From Dicyema japonicum (Eukaryota > Animalia > Dicyemida): 64,000 nt of DNA. Position 1 is the stretch's first letter. Each line of letters begins with the position of its first letter. The DNA lies in NCBI GenBank assembly GCA_011109175.1, contig RDEW01000044.1:11791-75790 (forward strand). The letters are read 5' to 3'. Both the position numbers and the translations under genes were made by a program. Below the pieces are notes generated by a model. The model searched no databases and was not told the DNA's origin. It worked only from the letters and a program-made list of their open reading frames with translations. Shown here one piece after another: positions 23,235-35,313 of the stretch.

Positions 23235-26104
23235 TTAAGGAAAATCTAAAATATCAGTAGCAGAAACTCTAATTCCGTCATTAATTTTAATTATAGTAGG
23301 ATTATCAGGTAAGGAGAGCACCAGTTCATCCACTTTAGTGAGATATTTAATGACATCACAATACTCATTCAAATAATCTAGATCAGTTGCGTCAACGTAA
23401 ACTGCACTTATAAAACACAAAATACATCTTTTTGGTGTCCTGAATTCCCCTCTGAGAGATCTGACTAACTGAGTGACCTTTATGACGGTTTCCATTCTTC
23501 TACATGCTACCTTGCTATCAAAATTCCACATTTCAGGCCATTTTCTGTAAGCAACGGGTTTGTACGATTCCTTGCCTCCGTGATAAAGCAGCCACTCGCA
23601 AATAAATGGAATAAAGGGACTCAACAAGACTAAACAGCATTGACTACACCTATAAAGACACTGTTGAATAGACTGAATCTCATCACTGCATACAGTATTG
23701 AACCTCCACTTTGTCGCCTCCTTATTATCAAAGTTATGTGAATAACAACCAAATAAAATCCACACAGTTCATTCAGCCAAAAATTGCGAAGTTGTGACAG
23801 AATCAAATGAAAGTCTCGATTTTCGAAATGAACGTCAAACGAGGCCACAATCTGTGATGTCCGAGAATACATCCACATCTCCATATCCGTTTCAAATCCA
23901 GTCAACTAAGCATTATAACCAACAATCACAAGTGGAATTGGCAGTGGAGTAAAATCAGGGGACAATTTCATGTTAATAAAGCGAATAGTCTGCCATATTT
24001 TATTAAAAAACATGCGCACTGAAGTGAACAAATCTGAGCCTACCTTTACATGTGAGACTAAAATAAGAAAGAAGGAAACCTTTTATTTCATGAGAACACA
24101 AAGCAAATCTCAGAGAATCTGCTCCAACGACAAAATTATTATGCATAGGTCTCTAAGCATAACAAATCACAAACCTCAATAAAATTAAGGGGATCAATGA
24201 CATTGCCCACAGACTTACTCATTTTCCTACCCTTTCCGTCACAAACTAATCCGTGAAGCAAAACACCATCAAATGGCATCTTCCCCAATAATAGCAAAGA
24301 CATGAGCATCATACGGGCAACCCAAAAGAAGACGATATCACCACCAGTTTCCAAGAGAGCTTGAGGAAAATATTGATCAAGGTTTGGATTATCTGGCCAC
24401 CCAAATACAGCAAATGGAAGAAGAGCAGCAGAAAACCACGTGTCTAGCACATCGCTATCCTGTTCAACTGTTATTGTCTCAGGATTCGAATTAGGGAACA
24501 TCTGACCAGCGATATTGAACGCCTGTTCCTTTGATCTAGAAACAATCCAACTCGAATCAACGCCGTTGGATACTTTGAAGGCTGGAATTCGGTGTCCCCA
24601 CCACAATTGACGAGAAATACACCAATCTGGTGACTTACTCAACCATTCCTTCAATATATTCTCATAAAAGGGGGGAGTAATCCTAGGATTTCCAGATCTT
24701 AGTGTTTCGAGAACTTTTCGATGTCCATCTCGACAATCCATAAACCACTGTTCCATGATGATTTTTTCCAAAACATCTCCAGTTCGACTGCACGTGGGTA
24801 TTTGATAGGAATGATCAACATTTCCAGAATACAAATTTTCCTCTATCAGTCTGTCTACCAGAAGTCGACGAACTTCAAATCGGTTTAATCCCTAATTTTA
24901 TGAGATAATAAGCTAAACGTCGAAAGGAGTATCTGTCCCAAAAATATTCCCAGAGTCATCGATAATCCTACTTCCCGGTTTAAGCCCATGTTTGCTGGCT
25001 AATTCATAGTCAACTGGACTGTGATGAGGAGTTATTTTCAGTCCTCCCGATCCAGTCTCTATATCGACGGATATGTCTCCAATAATGGGAAGATTTTGAC
25101 GCGTGAAAGGGTGGAAGACAGAACGACCAATAAATCTGTTCCATCGTTGATCGTTTGGGTGCACCGCCACGGCCATGTCTCCCAACATTGTCTCTAGTCG
25201 TGTTGTCGAAACTGTCAATCGTTCATCTTAACAGTAAAAATGCAAACTACCGGAATCAACAATTGGATAAATAAAGTTGTGAAGGACCCCAAATTGTACT
25301 TTATACGGGTAGTTGGGGACATTCCTAAAACACTCCCCGTCGACTTTCAGGAGATTTACCTAAGACATAGAAAAGATGAGTGCCTCAATATCTGAAACAA
25401 CTGATTGCAGTGCAGGACACCAGTTCACGAATCTATTAGATCGATAGATCAAACCCATCTCATAGAGACGAATAAAGGACTCCTCCACCGCGGCAGTCAG
25501 ATTCTGTCTTAAATTACGAGACCAACCTTATCCATTGTGAAATATTTGAATCGTTTATCGAATGAGCATCCCAGTTTAGCCAACTGGTTGTAAATCTCCC
25601 CTTCTTTGCTAATTTTATAATATCACAAAACCTTATCCGCCATTTCTGAACCTCCTGGATAAAACCATTCCTTCCAAGATCAAATCTGTTCACTCCTTTA
25701 GATTCTGCCAAATGTCGTTCAACAATCGTCTGTGTTGCAATTCCAGCATGGTCACAGCCGGGGACGAACAGAGTTTTCTCCCTTCCTTCAAATCTCTTCC
25801 TGCGAACTATGATATCCTGCAATGTGCAGCCAAGAGCGTGCCCCATATGAAGATTTCCAGTTACATTTGGCGGTGGCATGCAAATTACAAATTTTTTGCA
25901 AGAATCCTCCTTTTCTATATTGAAATGCCCTGATTTCGTCCACCATTTTGTGAGGACTGGTTCTATTGACAGAGGATCGTATTTAGTATTTAATTGCCCT
26001 GAAATTATGTAAAAGTTACCTTTTTGGCCAAATATTCGCTGGAGGGAATTACCGCATCCCCTTATGACCAATTTAATAATGTTATTTGTTTTTAAATTTC
26101 TCAT
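23235..26104 (-). CDS. VARS: Valyl-tRNA synthetase (probably mitochondrial VARS2-type), 9-11 micro-introns
   Basis: Motifs [15 protein letters not shown] (HIGH), [48 protein letters not shown]. Required introns: 25609-25631, 25504-25526, 25360-25383 (GC-AG), 25227-25250, 24892-24918, 24153-24174, 24058-24079, 23906-23929, 23721-23749. Optional 3n introns: 25999-26019, 23402-23425. The basic N-terminus lacks acidic residues, like a mitochondrial presequence. Confidence 0.95.
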
Positions 26105-26320
26105 TCTTTAAAAATATTACAAATTAATTACATTTTATTATTATTAATGAGCTTTGAATTCTCGTTACAACTTCCCACCTGAAAACTAATAAATAGTATT
26201 TTTAAGTTTGTTGTATTATTGTTATTGAGGATTTTGAGGTTTATTTTCTAATTATTATTTATACTCACGCCAATCAAACCCTCACAAAGGGCTTACATAA
26301 ACTAAATATTTTTTCAACTC

Positions 26321-26688
26321 TTGTTAAGTGAATTCCTTATATGGACGAATTTATACAAAAACTTTAAGGACACACCATTTCACCGACTGTTATGCGAAAA
26401 AGGGTTCCCGCTACACGTATCTCTTTTTTTGGCAAATGAAAGTCGATCGACTCAGAACTTCTCTTCCACAATCGATTTCCTGTTCAAGAACGAGAGGAGG
26501 TGTTCCCTGGAAACGGTGGGTACAATGGAAGATCATAGACATTACTGGTTGTGGGAATTGGAATTATAGGGGATTACAATGAGCGTTTTATCCTATTTGT
26601 TGAAAAATGCGGCAGAGAAAGGATGGCAAACTTTTTAAAAAGGGATGCTATCATTGACTCGTATGTCGCAGCACAGAATAAACCATAA
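26321..26688 (+). CDS. Candidate small spliced gene of unknown function, head-to-head with VARS
   Basis: ORF 26321-26569 joins via a 23-nt GT-AG intron (26516-26538) to TLLVVGIGIIGDYNERFILFVEKCG...AAQNKP*. The 5' end is unresolved and no family was recognised. Confidence 0.35.
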
Positions 26689-27209
26689 GAGGGGTTTAAG
26701 GCGCAGAGGAGATTCAAGCTATGGCAGGACTTGAGAAGCCTCAAATTAATATTCTCTCTACTTTCCTTTGTTAATAAAGTTTTTTAAATTTATTACGCCC
26801 CTAGTGTTGAAGTGAGGGTAGAAAACAAATAAGAATCATAAAAACACGTATTCGACATTAGTGAAGGAGAGGTACGTCACCCTTTCAATCAAAAATTTCC
26901 AAAGTTTTATTCTATCCAAAATTATTGCTCCTCTAAATCCGCCTTTGCCCTCGTCAACTCTTTGAGGTCCCATTTGGGAACACGGCGTTCACTAAGTTAC
27001 TCTCATACTATATGCGGTGCTTTTCATTCACATGCAGATCTGCTCACTCAATTTAGTGATTAAGTTCTTTAAAAGTATTCCATATCCAAGAGCATTTTCC
27101 ATCTTTATTTGATTTAACACCAACATAATAATAAATTCACTCGATTAACTGTAACGTGTTTGTTGTGGTGTTTATACATTCTCTAAAACTTATTACAATA
27201 TAAGAGCTG

Positions 27210-29445
27210 TTGATAGGGAAAGACCTAGCAACCTACCCTATATTTAAATGCCAAGAAAATCTTATGAGCAAATTCTCCTACGATCTAATTGGAAGCAACG
27301 TTACTGCAAAACATCAAATCTCGAGTCTTCGTCACACAGAATCTCACAAGTTCGCAACATGGAACGTAAGAGGCTTAAGCGAAGGGAAACTAGAAGTCGT
27401 AAAAAGAGAAATGAGAAGGCTTGATATTGACCTGCTTGGAGTAAGCGAACTTCATTGGATTGACAGTGGTTTTTTTCGTTCTGATGATTTCGTCATATAT
27501 TATTCTGGTAACATTAATGCGAAGAGAAACGGAGTGGCCTTCATTGCTTCAAAGAAAATTGCACCTGCTATTGAAAGTCATAGAAAATTTAATGATCGGA
27601 TAATACTAATCCACGTCCGTGGACGACCATTGAATATTACGGTCATGCAAGTGTATGCCCCAACATCCATTGCCAAGGATGACGAAATTGACCAATTTTA
27701 TTATGAATTTCAAGAAGCACTAAAACTAATACCCAAAAAGGACATAACCTACATAATGGGGGATTTCAATTCAAAAGTTGAATGTATGCCACATACGGAT
27801 ATTGTGGGAAGTTTTGGTTTGGGGAAAAGAAATGAACCACTAAAACTAATACCCAAAAAGGACATAACCTACATAATGGGGGATTTCAATTCAAAAGTTG
27901 AATGTATGCCACATACGGATATTGTGGGAAGTTTTGGTTTGGGGAAAAGAAATGATGCTGGGGATCGACTGGTCCAATTCTGTCAGGAAAATGGATTTCA
28001 GATAACTAACATATGGTTCAAATAGCACAAACGACGATTATACACTTGTACGTCGCCAAATGGAATGTCTAGGAACCAGATTGATTATATTTTGTGCGCC
28101 AAACGTTGGAAAAGCTCTATAACAGCCGTCAAAACATATCCAGGGGCAGACTGTGGAACAGACCATCAGCTACTTGTTGCAAAAATTAGGAAGAAATTCA
28201 GAAACACTTGGAATACCCCCCGAGTAAAAAAATTCGATGTCTCAAACATACCACCAGAATACGCAATGGAAGTTAAGCACAATATTGGATTACTGGATTT
28301 GAACGGAAGGATGCCTGATGAATTATGGAATGATATGTAGTTGGTTATCAGGAACGCTGCAATAAAACATGTCAAATACAAAACGCCGGCCAAGTGCTCT
28401 GAGTGGCTTTCTGCCAACACCCTAAACATTGCTGAGGCTCGTAAAACTGCTAAAGTCTCTGGGAATATAGACGAGATAAGAAAACTTAATTCTGAATTCA
28501 AAAAGGCAGGCAGGAAGGATAAAGAAGACTACTGAAGGTTACACTGCAAAAAAATGGAAGATGAATATAAGAGAGGTCACACTAGAAATGCGTATTTACA
28601 ACTAAAAAGATTACGAGCCCCCTTTACGAAAATGATGGGCAAAATCAAGGACAAGGATGGTGTAGAACTGCTAAGCCAACAGAACATCCGATATGGTTGG
28701 AGAGAATATACGGAACGACTATATTCAGAAACTGTGTCCCTGAGATTCAGAGAAGGGAGCGCCGTCTTTGGTTTATTGCTGAATGTCAAGAAGACCAAAA
28801 TTATGACTGCTAATAATGGAATAATGGAACTAAAAATTGGGAATGAGAAAATAGAGAGTTGCGATAATGCTTTCTGAGATGTCTAATTAATTAGAATGGT
28901 GAGGCTTGGAAAATTATAGGCGAATTGCAGCCTTCCTGAAATTGAATAGAATTTGGAAAAACAAAGATATTTGCTTAAAGACCAAATGCAGACTGGTTAA
29001 TGCAATCGTGTTCACGGTTTGTCTATACGGTGCAGAATCATGGATACTGAAAAGGCGAATAGACGGAAAATTGATGCTTTTGAACTTTGGTGCTAGAGGA
29101 GTTTACTAAGAATCCCTTTGACTTGCAAAATAACAAACACCGATGTACTCAAACGGGTGGAGACGGACATTTCGCTAAAAGGAAGAATCGTAAAACACAG
29201 ATTGGCGTTCTTTTGGCATGTTGTTCGCTCTGATTCCCTGGAAAGAACCATTATGCTGAGCAATATTACTGGGAAGATAAGACCTAGTTTACCGAGGACT
29301 CGGTGACTATCCACGGTAGAAGACGTCACGGGAATGTCTATATCAAGGCTACTCCAAATTGCGACGGATCAGGGAGAGTGGAAAAATTGGCTCATGAGAT
29401 CTCCAAGGGTCGGACACGACTTAATTTGGATAACATAACATATAA
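27210..29445 (+). mobile_element. RTE-clade non-LTR retrotransposon (family A), internally deleted
   Basis: APE domain (TWNVRG, LGVSELHW, QVYAPT, MGDFNSK, NQIDYI, GTDHQL); most of the RT core is deleted near 28735; C-terminal LYGAESW and FELWC motifs; several stops and frameshifts. Confidence 0.92.
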
Positions 29446-30479
29446 TTATTACGACTGGATTTACGTTATTTTTGAAATCCTTAAGGATCCATGAATATTC
29501 CCTTAATTTGTTTGTAGTATTTTTTTACAATTGTCATCCATTCAAAAGTTATTTTCAGTTCTTTACATTCTAATTTGCACACATTTTTTCAATAATCTTT
29601 GGTGCATTAATATTTTTTGTTAACTTATTTGAAGTTGTCTGTACAAAAAAATCTATAGATACCACAGTCTACAAGCCAACTTTGGTTGTTTTCTTGCCGT
29701 TTAGCTAGTATTCCAGCCAGTCTGTGCAAACTTTTTCTGATTTTTAACTATTTCATTTTTGTGACTAGTTGATTATTCATATTTATTCTGTTCTCTCTTG
29801 ATTTTCTTTTAGTGGTGCTGAAACCACAGTTAACGCACTTTTTCAGTTTAGTAACTCGGGAACAATGAATTATTAGGATGATATACGACATTTTTTGTGA
29901 TTAACACCTTTGTTACTAGTGGACATATTATAACTTCCTTCTCTTCTCTACCATGAGGAACAAACTCTCATTTTCTCAAACATTTTCGAAATGCAAGGAA
30001 AAGCACATGTGCATGTCAATGGTTATTCACAAGAATTTTTATTTAGATTTTGATTTATAATCGACCGTCTGTTTTCTTACTCTCTTGTTTAAGGTAAGTA
30101 GGGTTGTAACTGATTTTTATAGGCTCGTCAATAGACGAAACCTTTTCCATTATGAAAATTAATACAGGATTTCAAAAAAGCCATATGAGAAAGCTTTGCA
30201 TGTACACCGGAGCACTCATATAGAAAATATTTCTTAACTTTTTTCTTGTGGTTTCTGAGGTTAATAATTTAATTAAAACCACAATCCAGAGAGTTATAGA
30301 CATTCAGTTAAGAAAGCAGTTTTCTAACTATAATTATTGTTGCTATTGATTAATGTCGGTGTATTATTTAAATCAGTGTTTCTCGGCGAGGGGAGAATTT
30401 TATTTGTCCTGGGGCGATTTTTTAATTATTATCATTAAAAAACACTCCCGAGAAAACAAAATTAGTTAATTTTCCCTTG

Positions 30480-31500
30480 TGTCGTATTCCGAATCTCCGT
30501 CTGCCTCGACCATGATCTACTGTTGCGCGCTAGTTCTCTTAGGTAGTCTAGGTCGTCTGCTGAAGTCAGTCTCGTATAACGTCGATAGGTCTTCATTCAA
30601 GATAGTCAGAAGTGTCGTTCTTGGCCTTCCACGGAATCCGGCTCCTGTGTGTGCGACATTTGCGGAGACCTGGTCATTTAGACGTAACACGTGGCCAAAG
30701 AGGCTCCATTTTGATTTGAAAATATCATCTGACAGCACGCTGGATTTGTATTTATTATAAAGGTTTGCATTAGAGATTTTCATAGGCCAGTTGATCTTGA
30801 TTACCGATTTGAGCTGAGTTCTGTGGAAAGAGTCAAGACTGTCCATTTCCAGCTTAGAAATTCCCCAAGTCCAGGAGTTGTAGGTTATAACAGGGATGAC
30901 AAAAGCTTTGTATATTCTAAGCCTGACGTTTAATCCTATCCTCTTCTTGTGATTCCATATTAACGATATTTTTTTCAGTGCACTCATAGCAAGGATCTTC
31001 TTACGAGTAACATCTTCAGAGTTTCCTAGAAGCGAGTCAACCTTTTTTTGCCTTCTCCATGACTCTTCCGATCTCCGATCAGTACGTGTAAGTATTGTAA
31101 ACTCCATTTTTTCTGGATTTAAGGATAAGAACCATTTCTAAAATATGTGTGGGAGTACGCTGAGCATGTGCTAAATGTTTGAGTATCCTCAGAAACAAAT
31201 TCCAGATCGTCCGCATAAATTATCTCCTCATAGTTGTTTCCAATCAGGGTCCTGAAATCTCTTAGTGTAGCTTCAAGGTAAACAATAAAGAGGCCCGTGG
31301 ATAGCGAGTCCCCCTGTGGAACTCCACGTGAAGTCGGAAAAAAGTTGGAGGTACATTTGCCAATTTTGACAGAAAATGAGTGTTCCGCATGAGAAGGCGT
31401 ATTATTTAACGTCGTCTGGGTGAAGAAAACTTTTCAGTACTTCCATAAGTTTTCCCCGGTGTACCGAATCGAATGCACGGGGCATATCAATGTCAAGTAA
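30480..31500 (-). mobile_element. RTE-like element (family B), RT and 3' part
   Basis: RGVPQGDSLSTGLFIVYL, IIYADDL, RLRIYKAFVIPVITYNSWTW, FGHVLR, GRPRTTL. Confidence 0.85.
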
Positions 31501-32570
31501 AAATGATCAATAAGCATAAATGATCAATAAATACACTATGTATTTTAATAACGGTAAAAATGGAATTTTCATAAACCACTTGTGGAAAAAGAAAACTTAT
31601 GCATGATGGCTATGCGTACATTATGGATAGACAATGTCATATATTAGAGATATGAGCTGAAAGGAAAATGCAAAGGCAGAGTAAGAACTGTTAACGAAGA
31701 ACGTAATGGAACTATGACACCACATGAACATCCACCAAATGCAGGACGTTTACATCACTGAAAACCGTCAATACGATAAAGAAGAGAGCGAGAGATTCTG
31801 AAGAAACTACATCCACAGTTATCCAAAATTGTTTAAGCACATACCCTATTGATGCTGATTGTGCGCTACCCAAAAAAACCTTTGCACGTACTGTTCGATA
31901 AATACAAGACGATAATGTTCTTACTGATGAACTTAAAAGTACTCTCAGAGGAGATGATTTTGTGCTACATGATAGTGATGGATTGCTTATATTAACAACA
32001 GCAAGAAACCTTGATCTTATGTCTATGAAAGAACATTGGTTATGTGATGGTATGAACATTGGTTCAGCTCCATTAGGTTTTCAGTTATACACATGTTACA
32101 TTATGTAAAACATGTACGGTTCCATTAGTGTACGCTATTGCTCGAGAAAAATCTCAAAAGAGAAAAGGCACAATTGAATCCACTATCATTTACCATAGAT
32201 TATGAGCGAGCAATGATCAATGCTATCAACAGAATTTTTTAAATGCAAATGTGTATGGCTGCTACTTTCACTTTGGGCAGTGTTTATTGCGAAAAATACA
32301 AAATCTAAGACTGCAGGTGTGGTATAATGACCCAGCAAATGCAAACTTAATTAAAAGTATTCAAGCACTAGCATTTGTTCCTTTACCTCAAGTCATTGAG
32401 GGTTTCCGAGCGCTCCTTGAAACTATAGATGACGAGACTGATGACATGTTGATAGATTTTCTGACCTATTTTGAGACAACATGGATCGGAGCCTTGCAAC
32501 GTGGAAGGAGAAGAAGACCATTGTTTAATTTAGAAATGTGGATTGTACACGACGAACATTTTTAATTAGT
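31500..32570 (+). mobile_element. Mutator/MULE transposase pseudogene (FLYWCH-type N-terminus)
   Basis: GKRKLMHDGYAY, CKGRVRT..HEHPP, HWLCDG, DYERAMINA, GCYFHFGQCLLRKIQ, LAFVP, YFETTWIG. Confidence 0.85.
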
Positions 32571-32639
32571 GATTTTTTATTAGGAAAGTTATAAATTTTA
32601 AGTAAAATTAATTATTTTATAGCACCCGTCTAACTCTCG

Positions 32640-33157
32640 TAATAATAATTCTCGAATCCATTACTCCAGTTCCTTAAAAGTTTGGAAAAACAGTCGACTG
32701 TATGTTTGCGAAGGTCGGGAATTTTGTGAGAATAAAAAACAAAAAATGGCACTTGGCAACAATCACAGAATTTATGGCCTCTAAATATGCAATTGCCGAC
32801 AGGGAAAGCAGAGGAAATATTTATTTAATAAATTTTATTGCAGAACACTATACTCTATTATGTTCAAATATATAAATGAACCAAATGTCGACCTATCTAC
32901 TTCCTCAGAATGGTTATCCAAGGAAAATAACGGCCCACGGAGCGAAGCATTGTACTGTCTTCTGCAAGATAGGAATTTGTTTTTCGCACACACGGGGTCA
33001 TTATGCAACCATTGCAAAAAAAACAGGAAACTGTAGATCAGTTGGCCACTCAGTGTAGTAAAATACTAAACAGTGATTATCTCCGAAGACATAATGAAGT
33101 GGTAAAGTGTATCTATCTTCATCTTTGTCGAGTTTATGGAATCAAAAGAAGCAGAAA
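32640..33157 (+). mobile_element. R4/Dong-like fragment (duplicate at 43097-43575)
   Basis: LQDRNLF..DYLRRHNEVVKCIYLHLC; truncated by the family-1 SINE. Confidence 0.75.
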
Positions 33158-33158
33158 T

Positions 33159-33470
33159 GGGCATAGTGGTTAGGCGTCGGGCTAAAGTGACTTATGTTAC
33201 GGGTTCGATTCTCACTGCTGTTCACCTGGTAAAAGGTTCCACGCATCTACGATGCTAAAATGGCTTGACGAGTGACGCCGTCATCAGTGGATACTCACTG
33301 CGGAACTAGATTGTCTAGAAAGGAACCACACACAAGAAAAAGAAAAAAGAAGTTAAGATCATTCTTTGGTTCTACGATTAGCTAAAATTAACTGTTCTTT
33401 ACTTAAATAAAGTGTGTGTCCCTGCCTATGTGGAACTATAAATATTATGTCTCTCGTGAAAAGGCTATTA
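33159..33470 (+). mobile_element. tRNA-derived SINE, family 1
   Basis: Pol III A box GGCATAGTGGTTAGG and B box GGGTTCGATTC; interrupts an R4-like RT fragment; dispersed copies elsewhere in the window. Confidence 0.75.
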
Positions 33471-33959
33471 TATCTAAAAACTTGTCATTGTCTGCGCCTT
33501 ATTAGGATTTTTTCCATTTTCCGACCGATAGCGTAACTTTATATTCATTAACATGGGATAAGGGTAAATATATTTTTGGATAAAAGAACATCTTAAAAGT
33601 CACAATAAGATCGGGTTTTTAGATCCTAAAGACCAAGACGAAGAAGAGCTGTTTCAGGATCTTCTAAATATATTCCTGTAGGGGCCATCAGAACCAGAAA
33701 TTGCACCAATAGATAATTTTTATTGAATCCTTAAAAAATTTTTTTATGAAGAGAGAGTAGAAGACCTGATATCTTTGATAATGCCTATCATTACACGGAC
33801 AATCTCTATGTTCCATTATCCCTCACTTGTCATTTCTCAATCCGATTGAGAATTTATTCAGTACGTGGAAAAACTACATGTTTCCGAAGGTGTTGAAAAT
33901 GAGAAAATTAAAAAAAAAAGTTTGTTTTTAACCTTAAAAAATTTAGTAACTCATAGCTC

Positions 33960-34370
33960 TAATTGTTCATAACAGTTTCGTTAATTATTCTCCTCCAAAT
34001 AGTCCTGTTTCTTGCTTTTTCTCTTAAGTAGTCAATGTTTTCAAGTTCTTTCCGATATTTTTCAGTTCCTGGTTAAAAATAAATGGTATTATAGCTCTTG
34101 ACGTTCTACGGAATCCTCCTCCGCTTTGCGTGCAGTATGTTTCCATTGCAATATTTGCCGAAATATTTATTTCCATTCGTGATTTCAAAATATCCATCGA
34201 TAGTTTGTGATATTTGCTACAGTTGTATAGATCCGAGTTCGAGATCTTTACCGGATATCGTATCTTTAGTGCGGCATGGAGCTGGGATCTATAGAAGTTG
34301 TACAGTCCCGTGCAAATGTTACCGCCAGGGTCAAGTAATTCATAAGATAAGCAAAAAATGTTACTTTTAT
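33960..34370 (-). mobile_element. RTE-like family B 3' fragment (duplicate at ~44380-44790)
   Basis: QLHAALKIRYPVKISNSDLY..SANIAMETY; the plus-strand 104-aa ORF is its shadow. Confidence 0.6.
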
Positions 34371-35313
34371 TTGATAATTTTTATTATTTTAAAAAGCAAA
34401 TATGCTTTTTAAATTTTAGCCAACCTAATCAATTTTTTATTTTTTTATTTCATCCCTTAAAAATGGGATTTTTCCACTTTTTATTTTTTTAACGAAAATT
34501 AACCCGTGCATATGTTACCGCCAGGGTCAAGTAATTCATAAGATAATCAATTTTTATTTTTTAATGAAAATTAAGCCGTGCATATGTGAATAAAATTGTA
34601 CGCTTTAGTTGAGTAGAAACTCTAGTACTTCTGGGTTAGATGAAAATCTGACTCCTGTTAGAGAATATATATTCTTTGGAATATTTTTAATGAAAATTAA
34701 GCCGTGCATATGTGAATAAAATTGTACGCTTTAGTTGAGTAGAAACTCTAGTACTTCTGGGTTAGATGAAAATCTGACTCCTGTTAGAGAATATATATTC
34801 TTTGGAATAATTTTAATATACATTCATTATAAAGATCACAGAATTAGTTTTATTCTGATTTACAAAACAGCTACTCGGTCAGACCAGATTCGAGTTAAAT
34901 GAGATTGTGAAGGACAGCAAATCCAAGTATATAGTGTCTATATGTTTTTGGGAGAGTAATTATAATTATATTTCCTAGTGCAGTGTTCTGCAGTTTTCGT
35001 GTCTTGTAGACAACATATATTTATCCCAAACCCGTAACCTAAGCCACTTAAGCCCGACACCTAACCACTATGCCACCCGGCTAAAGAACCATTGAATGAT
35101 CTTCATTTTTTTTTCTTTTTGTTAGGTATGTCCTATTTATTAACCCCGGATACACCGAGAAATAAGTTAAAGTAAACAACTAATTAAGTGTATCTAGTTT
35201 CAACTTCTACAGAAACAGAGTCCATCCGGAATCAACATAAAGGGTAAAAGACGTCCATACTTGCAGTTGTGTAAACCCCTCCAGTGGAGTAGGGGTGAGT
35301 CCTATGCCAATCA

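Noticed and set aside
23235-26104. VARS as a frameshifted pseudogene, or stop-codon reassignment
   Set aside because: Every break is resolved by a 22-29 nt GT/GC-AG intron, and removal restores conserved motif spacing under the standard code.
33159-33235. Possible tRNA gene
   Set aside because: It has A and B boxes but no closing acceptor stem, and it continues into a repeated body, so it is a SINE head.
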